NCBI GenBank assembly: GCA_965261545.1
Contig: CBDHDF010000002.1
Location: forward strand, 480,001-544,000
DNA: 64,000 nt
DNA from: Bdellovibrionales bacterium
Lineage (GTDB): Bacteria > Bdellovibrionota > Bdellovibrionia > Bdellovibrionales > UBA1609
Direction of reading: 5' to 3'
Shown here: piece by piece, positions 31,640 to 42,282 of the stretch
Position numbering within the stretch: position 1 is the stretch's first letter
Layout of the letters: the number at the start of each line of letters is the position of its first letter
Made by a program: the position numbers and the translations under genes
Notes under the pieces: generated by a model
What the model was told of the DNA's origin: nothing
Seen by the model: the letters and a program-made list of their open reading frames with translations, nothing else
Databases searched by the model: none

Positions 31640-32806
31640 CTAAGATGGTGCCTTAGATGCCTTATAGGCAAGGGAAAGAACATTCCCACCTATGTTTTTC
31701 TTGGGCAAACGATAGCCCACTTTGTTAGTCACTCCCTGCACATTGACTCCAGCAAGCCTCAAATACTCATCTGTGGTAGACATTTTGCGATGCCCCACCA
31801 CAGACATCACTTGCACCAAGGGAGCCCCTTGAGCCAACATGTTGGTGATAAATGTGGCTCGCAAGTCATGGAACCGGATGGCAGTAATGTCAATGGTTCG
31901 GCAAAATTCTCTTAGAACCTGAGCCTGTTCGCCATTCTGCCATTCCCTCAACCTAGGAAGCAGTAGATCGTTCATCGCCACCATTTTCTTTAAGCGACTG
32001 TCCCAAAGTTTTTGAGAATAATTTTCCTTCCTTGCCTTAAGCTCCTTAAGAAACTCCCTTAAGTCATCGTTGATGGGAATGGTTCGATTCTCCCGATTCT
32101 TCGGTGAAGCTATACCATCCTTAGATGTCCATTGCTTGTTGACTGAAATAAGGCCAAAATCAAGGTCCACATCCTGCCAGCGCAGGGCAAACATTTCTCC
32201 CGACCTCATCCCTGTCATCAGAGCAAAAGCCCAAACCTTATAAAACCGATGATTGCACTTAAAGGCTTCTTCCAAAAGAAAATCTACCTCTTTAGAGTTC
32301 AAAACCTGTTGTTGAGCTTGGGGAACTTTGACATGAATACCTAGGGCCGGGTTTCTAACAATGATTCCTTCCTCTAGGGCCATCTGAAGGATTCGACTTA
32401 TCATCTTCAAGATATTCCTTTGGGAACGAGGTGAAACCTTGTCACCAATCTCAGCAAACACAAGCTCATGAACATCTTGAGGCTTGATCTTATCAAGAAG
32501 CTTCTCCACAAAACATTGGGGAAGCCACTTTTTGAGCCCTCCATCGTAACCTTTTACAGTGGATGTCTTTAAAGAAAGTTTCATGCGCTTAAGGCACTCT
32601 TCATGCCAATCACTCCATGTCCAATAAATAGGACCACCACCAAAACGTTGATAGAGTTCATTCTTCAATTTAAATTCAAGCTCTTTAGCCTTTCTTTCTG
32701 ATGTGATGCCACGCTTTTTTCGGAAATGTTGCTTTTTCCGAGAATCCCTTAAATGAGCAATCACTTCATAAAGTTTTTTGCCATCTTTAAAATAAGATTT
32801 AATCAT
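31640..32806 (-). CDS. Tyrosine recombinase / phage-type integrase
   Basis: TGMRSGE, K, FHDLRATF, GH and Y catalytic motifs; N-terminal arm-binding-like region. Confidence 0.95.
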   Translation of the reverse strand: MIKSYFKDGKKLYEVIAHLRDSRKKQHFRKKRGITSERKAKELEFKLKNELYQRFGGGPIYWTWSDWHEECLKRMKLSLKTSTVKGYDGGLKKWLPQCFVEKLLDKIKPQDVHELVFAEIGDKVSPRSQRNILKMISRILQMALEEGIIVRNPALGIHVKVPQAQQQVLNSKEVDFLLEEAFKCNHRFYKVWAFALMTGMRSGEMFALRWQDVDLDFGLISVNKQWTSKDGIASPKNRENRTIPINDDLREFLKELKARKENYSQKLWDSRLKKMVAMNDLLLPRLREWQNGEQAQVLREFCRTIDITAIRFHDLRATFITNMLAQGAPLVQVMSVVGHRKMSTTDEYLRLAGVNVQGVTNKVGYRLPKKNIGGNVLSLAYKASKAPS

Positions 32807-33041
32807 ATAAAACTCCTTTCTGTTGGAGAATATGATTTAAATCTGTGAGCCTGAATCTCAAGTGACTTCCAAGCTTATAAGCTCTGATCTTTCCACGACA
32901 CACCCAAATACGAAGAGCATTGGGAGTGATGCGAAGATACTCAGCAGCTTCTTTTGTTGATAGCCACTTTTGCTGTCCTATTGATCGTCCTATTGAATTT
33001 TCAAAGAGCTTTTTCTTTCTACAAGAAACAATATGCGACAT
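32799..33041 (-). CDS. Excisionase-like HTH_17 DNA-binding protein
   Basis: WLSTKEAAEYLRIT..LRIWV..GKIRAYKLG..LRF; RBS AAAGGAG; overlaps the integrase start. Confidence 0.88.
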   Translation of the reverse strand: MSHIVSCRKKKLFENSIGRSIGQQKWLSTKEAAEYLRITPNALRIWVCRGKIRAYKLGSHLRFRLTDLNHILQQKGVLYD

Positions 33042-33423
33042 AACAACTCCTTTGGCAATAACAGGCAATACACAAGGGGCAAATAGGAGGGCCGCTCCAT
33101 TTTATATATAGGAAATCCACCCCATCTTGAGGGTCTAAAGATATTTATTGTTTCATTAAGAGACTAGATGGGAAGACCCATTTGAAAGGGTATGCCCAGA
33201 AACTTCACTTTCCCCATCCCCCTCGGAAAGTCAGTCTTGCGTGATGCGGCGTAGTTGAGCCACCCAAGTCCTACATATGACTATGGAGACTGCTATAAAA
33301 TAATCTTCTCCCTTTTTCGATCCCCTTCTTCGATGAAGAGAAGAAGATGAGGGAAATAATGTATCTTGTAGTCTCCTATAGGATGTGATATTTTATATAT
33401 AAATTAAGCTAAAACTGCATTAT

Positions 33424-33511
33424 GGGCTTGTCCAAAAATAAGTTGAACAATTCTAAGTTTTAAGTCGAAGATAAAAGATTTAAACTGTCCAATTTATTTA
33501 TGGACAAGCCC
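33424..33511. mobile_element. 88-bp mini-MITE
   Basis: ~29-bp imperfect TIR GGGCTTGTCCA(A/T)AAATAA(G/A)TTG; TAT on both flanks. Confidence 0.7.
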
Positions 33512-33561
33512 TATACTAAAATTTTATCTTAAGCTTAGTGGAGTCGTTGGGAGTTATAAGG

Positions 33562-33867
33562 ATGAAAAATCAGAAAAAAGACATCACTGATAACAACACC
33601 AATACAGATCATTTGGTATCCGCTTCAGAGGATGAGAAATATGGTTATACCTTGTGGAATATGCCCCATGATAAGTGGAAAAAGTGGGTAGATTCGATTC
33701 AGTGGGAAGAAATTGTAAAAAGCATAGAAGATATTTCCATTGATCAAGTAAAAATTGATCAAGTAAGAGAAGAGTTTAACAAAAGTGAAGCCAAAAAGAT
33801 TCTAGACAAAGAAAATGAAAAAAGAAATCAATTCAATCCTGACGTCTTAAATATATATCTTGACTAA
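33562..33867 (+). CDS. Hypothetical acidic protein (101 aa) overlapping the peptidase gene start
   Basis: ATG at 33562 after GGAG; low GC like the downstream gene; 8-nt overlap. Confidence 0.65.
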   Translation: MKNQKKDITDNNTNTDHLVSASEDEKYGYTLWNMPHDKWKKWVDSIQWEEIVKSIEDISIDQVKIDQVREEFNKSEAKKILDKENEKRNQFNPDVLNIYLD

Positions 33868-36800
33868 AATGACAATGCACCAACCGCTTAGTTTTAATCT
33901 ATTAGATTTCGACCCCAATACATTCCTAGATGAATATACTACATCAAATCAAATTATTTATCTTCGGAAATATCTCTTTGAAATTGGTGCACAAACTCTC
34001 TTAGAGGAACCCAATTACTTTGACCGAGATTATCTCAGCGAATTTTCTAGCTTCTATGGACACTCTGCCAGAGGGTATAAGAACATATGTAAAAGAATCC
34101 ATTTTTTTAGCGAAAAAATATCTGAAGAAACCTTTAAGAAAGCAATAGGTGGCGAATCAAAAGAATTGAGTCTTTTTCAGAAGGAATATTTAGGATTTAT
34201 TGTCATTCGACCCATTCAAAAAGCTCCCTTGGGAAAAACAGTTTTGAAATGGTATCCAGAGGAACGTCCACAATATCCTAGAATTACAAAACCCTCAAGG
34301 GAGTATAAGGTTGATATTTGTGGAATGGAATTAAAAATCAATGGATTGGCTTGGCAACAACAAGACCAGGGAGTTGCATCATGTGCCACCGTAGCTTTGT
34401 GGAGTATGCTTCAATCTTCAGCTCTTGATGATTATCACTTTATTCCGACGACCTCAGAAATTACAGAGGCCGCACATAAGACAGCATCATTAGGTAGCCG
34501 TATTTATCCAACAAAAGGTTTAACTATATCTCAAATATGTGAGGTACTAAAAGAAGTAGGATTTGCTCCTTGCCTCATAGAAGGTGACATCAAACTACCA
34601 AATGGCTCAAAAGGATTTTCTTTAGAGAAATTTATTAGGACTTGTACCTCATTTATTAGATCCGGTTATCCTGTATTATTGGCTGGTCAATTGGGTATAC
34701 CAGGTTATAGTTATGGTTATCATGCCATATGTGCAGTTGGTTTTAGAGAAAATACTTCTACACCTCCAAAAGGTCAAACAAAAGGTCAAATATTTATTCA
34801 TGACAAGAATATTCATCATTTGTATATACATGATGATAACCTTGGACCTAGTGTAAGATTTCAGATTTTTTATAATCCGAGAGCATCTAATATAGTAACT
34901 AGTTCCTGTCCAGGGAAGAAAGTTAAGTAGTTTTAAGTATTTACATGCCTTCCCTTTAGATTTTATGCTTTAAAATGGAGTCCATCAAACATAATCCGTG
35001 TAAATTCAGTTACTTACATAAAACGGAAAAATAAAATAAGTTCCCCCCCCCCTCTCTTGACGAACCTTTCACAGCCCCTCCCTTTCAGTGACTTATGTGG
35101 CTATCAACTGGTTACTTGATATGAGAGGAAGAGTTGGATCAACCTGTGTTTCCACCGTGGTGATTTCAAACCTCCTTCAGGGAAATAACATTACGTTGCG
35201 CATCAACTTCAAAAAATACTTGACGTGTTTTTTCAGAGAAATAATTTTTGATATTTTATTCTTCATTTATTTTTTATGTAGGTTTTAGGAGGCGTGGGAA
35301 CCTCTCTATGAGGTAGAATTCTTATCCATGTTCTCCGAGAACCTCTCTGATTTTTTTCTTCTTAAAAGACATCCTTGCTCACTTTTTTCCCTCAAAAAAA
35401 CGTATGTTAATATAAAAATTAAAGAGAAACTTTCACCAAAGGGGGGACTATGCGCCATTTGAAGAAGACACAGTTGGGACTCTTTTCCCAATATCCTAAC
35501 CACCAACTCAGTACAGAATTGCAGCAAATTAATAACATCATTGATCGCCATCCAGAGTTTGCCCATATGGTTCATGAAGACCTTGTTAAAGAAAAGAAAG
35601 ATTCTGGTGATATTGGTATGACATCGGAGCAAGTTCTCAAGGTGGCTATTCTTAAATCCATAAGAGGTCTTTCCTATCGTGCGTTAGCCTTTAATCTTGT
35701 CGATTCAGTATCCACCAGAGCTTTTCTGGGCCTTGAATTGGAAGAAAATTACGCTCACTCCACCTTACAGGACTTGATTGTTCAAATAAGTGAAGAAACT
35801 TGGGGAATTATTAGCGCCTCTTTAGTTTCAGATGCAAGAGATCAAAAGATTGAGCCGTGTAAGAAAATGAGATTGGACAGTACAGTGACGAAATCAAATA
35901 TTCATCATCCAACGGATGCATCGCTTTTATATGACTGCATAAGAGTTACAGAAAGAGAATTTAAAAAAGTTCGTAAAAATGTCATGAAAGATTTTTGGCG
36001 ACTTATTTCAAGAGAAGATCTTAAGAGAGCAAAAACCTTTCTTTACAAAATTAATAATTCCAAAAATGATGCGGAAAGACTACCTTGCTATAAGGAGCTT
36101 TTAAAAATCGCTACCAAATTGAACAAAGGATTACCTGATACCATCAGAAAGATAAAAAAAGAACAAAAATGTGTGAAGATGAATGCTTTGAAAAAGAGTC
36201 TAAAACAGTTAGAAAATGTTGCCTTCTACCTGGAAAAAATCATCTTTCAAACTCAAAAAAGAGTTATTGAGGGGAAAAAAGTATCTTCTGAAAAAAAGGT
36301 CCTATCCATCTTTGAACCGCATACAGACATTATTGTAAAGGGGCAAAGAGAAGTCGAGTTTGGGCATAAAATCTTTCTGACCTCAGGGCAAAGCAACATG
36401 ATTTTAGATTGTCAGATCCCTGATGGCAACCCCGCAGACTCTGATATGTTTTTAAAAGTTATGAATTCAGTGACACAAACCTATGGGGCTTGCCCTGTAA
36501 AAGTAAGTGCAGATGGTGGGTTTGCTTCAAAAGAAAATCTTGAAGAGGCCAAAGAGATGGGGGCTAAAGATGTTTGCTTCCCAGAAAAAAAAGGAATGAA
36601 AATATTAAAGATGGTTAAAAGTGCTTGGGTCTTTAAAAATCTTCTCAATTGGAGAGCCGGAATAGAGGCTGTTATTTCATTCCTTAAGAGATGTTTTGGT
36701 ATGAGAGTTGCTTACTGGAAAGGGCATGATGGTTTTAAGAGGTATGTAAAGAATGCCGTTTGTGCCTATAATTTTGTTGTCTTGGCAAGACATGAATTAT

Positions 36801-37590
36801 CAACTGTCACCTAAATTTATCCATTAGGAATAACAGCAATGGACCAGGTCGAAGGTGCTAAAATCTTCCAAAGGTAGGGGTGCGTCTTCAAATCGAAAAA
36901 ACTAGGGCGCAAGTCGCTTAAAGACCTTTTTCCCCTTAATCTGTAGAGTTTGTGTGGCAAATCTCCAACTCTCACTCCCCCATTGAGGCATTGGGAGGCT
37001 CAATGGGGAGTGTCAGAGAACAAAAAATGGGCCTTTCTGGACAGAAACTAACTATTAAACCTGACCGACCAGATCTTATGACCGGAATTGATTTAATGGC
37101 AACAGTTCCAGGGATTGATCCAAATATTGGTTATAGTTTCATGCCTGATGTAATTCTGGCGGCAGTTAACAAAAATCTCCGAGCAGATCCAGATGAGTTA
37201 CACAACAGAGGACTCAACATTGTAACGCATTTAAACACTCTTCTATCTCAGACAAGTTTTCAAGAAAGTTTGAATTTCAGCACCCGATTTATTAAGAAAA
37301 CAGATTACATAAGAGGTGAACTATCCCAATTATTGAGAACTCGTCCTGATGAACTTTCAAAAATCCGACTGGAATTGGTTGAAAAGGTAAGACCGATGTC
37401 CAAGCACATTGGTCTCCTCCGTATTGGCTCTGGCCCATACCCTTTTTTTGATATATTATTTGATACCTCAGATAGTTACATTGAAGCCGTGGCAACTGTA
37501 AGTTATCTCGCTAACATGAAAACACTCATTGTAGAATCCCAAAAATTATCTGGTGTGAATTTTGGGCATTATATTGAGGTCACAAAATAG
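33860..37590 (+). pseudogene. Papain-fold (C39-like) cysteine peptidase domain protein split by IS insertion
   Basis: QQQDQGVASCATVALW, SGYPVLL, YHAICAVG, IHDDNLGP give Q-C-H-D; removing the IS and one TAACTA restores the frame SNIVTIKPDRP. Confidence 0.78.
34902..37048 (+). mobile_element. IS5-like/ISNCY element, copy B (transposase 35450-36814)
   Basis: Near-identical to copy A; 6-bp TSD TAACTA. Confidence 0.93.
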
Positions 37591-37825
37591 CTTTACTTGG
37601 GTCAAGTTAAACTTCTTTGCTCTCAAGGCTGGGAAGATCCATTTGAAAGACAATTTCTAGAAACCTCTCCTTTGTGATATTTCCATGAATCTTACAATAC
37701 TCCCTATACTTCAAATTCAAGAGATCATCGCCTGAGTAGGTTGATCTTTTTACCTCTCCAGATGCTCATCTCTGAGCAGGCTCACAGCCTTAGAGAGGAC
37801 ATCATCAGCAAGAACCTTCCTTCCC

Positions 37826-38165
37826 CATGAACATCTTGAGGCTTGATCTTATCAAGAAGCTTCTCCACAAAACATTGGGGAAGCCACTTTTTGAGCCCTC
37901 CATCGTAACCTTTTACAGTGGATGTCTTTAAAGAAAGTTTCATGCGCTTAAGGCACTCTTCATGCCAATCACTCCATGTCCAATAAATAGAACCACCACC
38001 AAAACGTTGATAGAGTTCATTCTTCAATTTAAATTTAAGCTCTTTAGCCTTTCTTTCTGATGTGATGCCACGCTTTTTTCGGAAATGTTGCTTTTTCCGA
38101 GAATCCCTTAAATGAGCAATCACTTCATAAAGTTTTTTGCCATCTTTAAAATAAGATTTAATCAT
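37826..38165 (-). pseudogene. Duplicated 5' part of the integrase
   Basis: Near-identical to the first ~113 codons of 31640-32806, then diverges. Confidence 0.9.
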
Positions 38166-38400
38166 ATAAAACTCCTTTCTGTTGGAGAATATGATTTAAA
38201 TCTGTGAGCCTGAATCTCAAGTGACTTCCAAGCTTATAAGCTCTGATCTTTCCACGACACACCCAAATACGAAGAGCATTGGGAGTGATGCGAAGATACT
38301 CAGCAGCTTCTTTTGTTGATAGCCACTTTTGCTGTCCTATTGATCGTCCTATTGAATTTTCAAAGAGCTTTTTCTTTCTACAAGAAACAATATGCGACAT
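38158..38400 (-). CDS. Second copy of the excisionase-like HTH protein
   Basis: Protein identical to 32799-33041. Confidence 0.88.
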   Translation of the reverse strand: MSHIVSCRKKKLFENSIGRSIGQQKWLSTKEAAEYLRITPNALRIWVCRGKIRAYKLGSHLRFRLTDLNHILQQKGVLYD

Positions 38401-38775
38401 AACAACTCCTTTGGCAATAACAGGCAATACACAAGGGGCAAATAGGAGGGCCGCTCCATTTTATATATATAAACAGGATCAGTAAGTAACTGATATAACT
38501 AAGCTTTTAGATCAAAGATCCAAAACCATGCCAAAAACACACCCCCACACAAGACCTAAGACCCCAACCATGACGCTTTTTACCAAATGTCAAAAAAAAT
38601 CAAAAATAAAACTTGACTCTTAAATAAAAGGTGGTAAACGAGATTGGACACGATGCGTCTATTCCTGTGCGTTGATTTGGCCCTAGGAACAAAAGCACTT
38701 GAAACTAAATAAAAAAACATAAACAACAACTAAGAGATAAAAAATGAAACGATTGAAACGATAAGGAGTCATTCT

Positions 38776-39651
38776 ATGAAAAATCAAATAAAAATCATCA
38801 TTGTAAGTTTAGGAATTCTTCTAGGAACAGTCCAAGTGGCTTGGTCTGATGAAACCACACACGAATGCAATGAGACAAACTTTAAGGAGTATGTATTTTC
38901 CAAAGAGAAAATCGATGATCTCATTAAAAGAACTCAAAAAGGTTGCTACCTTAGAGGGGCTGATCTCACAGGGGCTAATCTCTATAAGGCTGATCTCACA
39001 ATGGCTAATCTCATAGGGGCTAATCTCAAAGGGGCTTATCTCAGACGGGCTAATCTCAATAAGGCTAATCTCTATAAGGCTGATCTCTATAAGGCTGATC
39101 TCACATGGGCTAATCTCAGACGGGCTAATCTCTATAAGGCTGATCTCACATGGGCTAATCTCACAGAGGCTGATCTCACAGGGGCTTATCTCAGAGGGGC
39201 TTATCTCAAATGGGCTTATCTCACAGGGGCTAATCTCTATAAGGCTAATCTCACATGGGCTAATCTCAATGGGGCTGATCTCACAGGGGCTAATCTCACA
39301 GGGGCTGATCTCTATGGGGCTGATCTCTATGGGGCTTATCTCAATGGGGCTAATCTCTATAAGGCTAATCTCACATGGGCTTATCTCTATGGGGCTTATC
39401 TCAGAGGGGCTTATCTCACAGGGGCTAATCTCTATAAGGCTAATCTCACATGGGCTAATCTCAATGGGGCTGATCTCAAAGGGGCTAATCTCACAGAGGC
39501 TGATCTCAAAGGGGCTTATCTCAGAGGGGCTTATCTCACAGGGGCTTATCTCTATAAGGCTAAGTTCGTCAAAGATGGTCCAGACAAAACCATCTTTCCA
39601 AAAAACTTTGGTGATCCTATAGACCGAAGAATGGTGGAAATTCAACCTTAA
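38776..39651 (+). CDS. Secreted pentapeptide-repeat protein (40 repeats)
   Basis: RBS AAGGAG; Sec signal ending VAWS; xA(N/D/Y)Lx repeats. Confidence 0.93.
   Translation: MKNQIKIIIVSLGILLGTVQVAWSDETTHECNETNFKEYVFSKEKIDDLIKRTQKGCYLRGADLTGANLYKADLTMANLIGANLKGAYLRRANLNKANLYKADLYKADLTWANLRRANLYKADLTWANLTEADLTGAYLRGAYLKWAYLTGANLYKANLTWANLNGADLTGANLTGADLYGADLYGAYLNGANLYKANLTWAYLYGAYLRGAYLTGANLYKANLTWANLNGADLKGANLTEADLKGAYLRGAYLTGAYLYKAKFVKDGPDKTIFPKNFGDPIDRRMVEIQP
38956..39555 (+). repeat. 40 x 15-bp tandem repeat NNG GCT NAT CTC NNN
   Basis: Read directly; perfect 15-bp period. Confidence 0.95.
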
Positions 39652-39735
39652 GATAAAAGGAAGTACGCAAATTCCAATCTTCCTGCCGCCAAGGCTTTGA
39701 AAGTCTTCCAGTCTTGGCAAGCTTGACACCTTTCG

Positions 39736-39760
39736 GCCCCCTTTTTATGAGGGGGCGCTT
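39736..39760 (+). terminator. Possible hairpin terminator between the pentapeptide genes
   Basis: GCCCCCT...AGGGGGC stem; no strong U-tract. Confidence 0.35.
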
Positions 39761-39808
39761 CAGGTATTTGCTTGCAATAAAACGATTGAAACGATAAGGA
39801 GTTATTCT

Positions 39809-40225
39809 ATGAAAAATCAAATAAAAATCATCATTGTAAGTTTAGGAATTCTTCTAGGAACAGTCCAAGTGGCTTGGTCTTCTGAAACCACACACGAATG
39901 CAATGAGACAAACTTTAAGGAGTATGTATTTTCCAAAGAGAAAATCGATGATCTCATTAAAAGAACTCAAAAAGGTTGCGACCTTAGAGGGGCTGATCTC
40001 ACAGGGGCTTATCTCTATGGGGCTTATCTCTATGGGGCTTATCTCACAGAGGCTGATCTCACAGGGGCTTATCTCAAAGGGGCTGATCTCAGACGGGCTA
40101 ATCTCACAGGGGCTAATCTCAATGGGGCTAATCTCTATGGGGCTAATCTCACAGGGGCTGTGATCCAATACTTTATTTTGACGGACTTTTCATGGGTTCC
40201 TTTGACCTCGAAGCAATTTTTATGA
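39809..40225 (+). pseudogene. Tandem paralog of the pentapeptide-repeat protein, truncated after 11 repeats
   Basis: Near-identical RBS and N-terminus; array 39989-40153 breaks at ~40160 and lacks the C-cap of the first copy. Confidence 0.85.
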
Positions 40226-40685
40226 TTTTATCCTGACTGAGTTTAAGTTGTTGAGAGTGATATTTTGATTAGCAAGGTGTGTCGAGGTGAAGTGAGTGAG
40301 AAAAGGATGACTGATTCTCTCTGTTTGGTTTGCTCTCCCGCCTGGTGGCTCAAGAAATTAAGAGCACTTGAGATTTCCAAGTTCTCTTGGAAGGATAATT
40401 TCGCTGTATCTGATTTGATGGATTATTTTTGGAAGCCTAGTTCCTGGCATTTAAAGCAGGAGATCCTCCCACAGGTGGTGGCTACTTGCTTGAATCGAAC
40501 GCAACATCCTGTTGCGGATCTTTCAGTCTCGGGCTCCTGCCCTCGCCCCTCAGCCCCAGGGGGCTTTCGGGTACGACTGAAAGATTCTTAGTCTCGATTC
40601 CACATTGAGAGGAGATTGAGAGGAGCCTCCTATCCAGTGGGACTTTATTTGGCCCCTCAGGGAGAATAACTACCGACCATGTAGT

Positions 40686-41069
40686 TTAAATAAGTTCTGT
40701 GGCGGCTTGGCGAACATGTTCTTCTGTAATTTGTTCTTCAGAAGCTTTCATACATGCAATCAATGAACCTCTGGCAATCAAATTGGCTTTTCTTAGCAAG
40801 CCTCCAGAGCCCTGCCAAATGGCTGTGACAGCATTATCTGTCATGAGTTTATTCTTGATTCCAGAGATTTTAAGGTGATGATCTAGATAATTTCTCATAT
40901 TTTCTTCATTAAGAGCTGGTAGGTGAGCGTGGGTCATCACACGAGAAGCCAAGGGCAGAGAAGTTCTATACTTCAATTTATCAAGAAGGTTATTCTGTCC
41001 CACCAAAATAAGTGAGAATCTTTTTTCAGAATCAAAGTTGAATTGGTTAATCGTATGCAATTCAGCAAA
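40686..41069 (-). pseudogene. C-terminal half of an ExeA-like AAA ATPase (transposon-associated type), cut by IS21
   Basis: LILVGQ..L, PLASRV, YLDHHL, SGGLLRKANLIA..L motifs. Confidence 0.8.
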
Positions 41070-41499
41070 TGTTAGGCGCCAATTAAAATTGGCCATTTTT
41101 AGAAGCCGTCGCCAATGAAAAACGGCCAGTTGATGATGTACTGATTTAGTTATTCTTCGTTCAGAGTTTAGTCAAGTGTCTTTATTTTGCTCATCATTTA
41201 ACTCGGACTATGCCACAAGATTCTGAGGAATGATTTTCTGCCCACCACTTTTGGCATGACCCCAAATGCATCCTTCAGCCCTATGGCAGAGGTAAATGGA
41301 GTATTTTTCAGGATTCCTTGGCGCAGCTAATGTCTAAAGCTCCGCGAGAGTGACGAGCAAATAGTACGGTAAAAGCCAGTTATCCATAAATTTATCCATG
41401 GCGACACTGCGGCTGTGACCCCGATGTCTAGCAACGCAGTGCTGCTGTGGATAAATTTTGTGGATAACTGGCGAGTTCCTTCCCCAAAAGTGGGGATCT

Positions 41500-42282
41500 C
41501 TAATGAACTTCTTTGGTTGAACTTTCCTCTTTGCTCTGTTTAGACTTGGCTTTTGCCGATTCGGTTCTCCAACTTTCTTTTCCTTCAATGTTGAGGGTTT
41601 CACAGTTGTGAATAATTCGATCAACAGCAGCAGCGGTGGTAATAGGGTTAAGAAACACCTTATCCCATTCAGAGTAAGTTAAGTTTGTAGTGATCATGAG
41701 ACTTTTCCTTTCATATCGCTGAGATATGAATTGAAAGAAAAGATCAGCACCCTCTGTGCAGGAAGCTGTATAGCCAAGTTCATCACAAGCAATAAGATCA
41801 AAACGGTCTAATTTCTTAAAAAGAGCATTCAATGAGAGTTCTTTCTTGCTTTCACGCATTGTTTCAATAAGTTCATGAGTGGTGACCCATAAACATCGAT
41901 AGCCTTGTTCACAGAGTGAACGAACTAGGGACATGGCCAAATGACTTTTCCCCATTCCAAAGCTTCCGTAAAACACAACATTACAGGCTTTTCTGACCCA
42001 CTCTCCCTCTGCCATCCAATTAATTTGCTGAGCTGTCACTCCCGTTCTTTTCTGGAAGTTATAAGTTTGGAGTGATTTAAGTTGAGGAAGCTTGGCCCCC
42101 TTAAGCAATCTTTTCACTCTCTGGGAATGCTTGTCAGCAAGCTCATTTTGAACGAGTATACCTAAATACTGTTCATACGTCTTTTTTGTTTTTTCGGCAA
42201 CTCTAGCCGTTGCAACATATTCATCCGCCATCGCTGGAAGTCGGAGTTTTTTAAGAGAACCTATAAGTTCTTCGTGATTCAT
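41500..42282 (-). CDS. istB: IstB ATPase
   Basis: GSFGMGKS, CDELGY, ITTNL, AAVDRIIH. Confidence 0.93.
   Translation of the reverse strand: MNHEELIGSLKKLRLPAMADEYVATARVAEKTKKTYEQYLGILVQNELADKHSQRVKRLLKGAKLPQLKSLQTYNFQKRTGVTAQQINWMAEGEWVRKACNVVFYGSFGMGKSHLAMSLVRSLCEQGYRCLWVTTHELIETMRESKKELSLNALFKKLDRFDLIACDELGYTASCTEGADLFFQFISQRYERKSLMITTNLTYSEWDKVFLNPITTAAAVDRIIHNCETLNIEGKESWRTESAKAKSKQSKEESSTKEVH

Noticed and set aside
33280..33382. Imperfect long hairpin, possible attC site
   Set aside because: No clear R/L boxes and the integrase is phage-type, not IntI; more likely a decayed MITE
36952..37048. N-terminus of ORF 36952-37590, and likewise ORF 53829-54251, as independent genes
   Set aside because: The starts lie inside IS ends; these are halves of interrupted genes
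38821..39729. 302-aa EISP-repeat antisense ORF and GLIS-repeat frame
   Set aside because: Shadow frames of the 15-bp pentapeptide array
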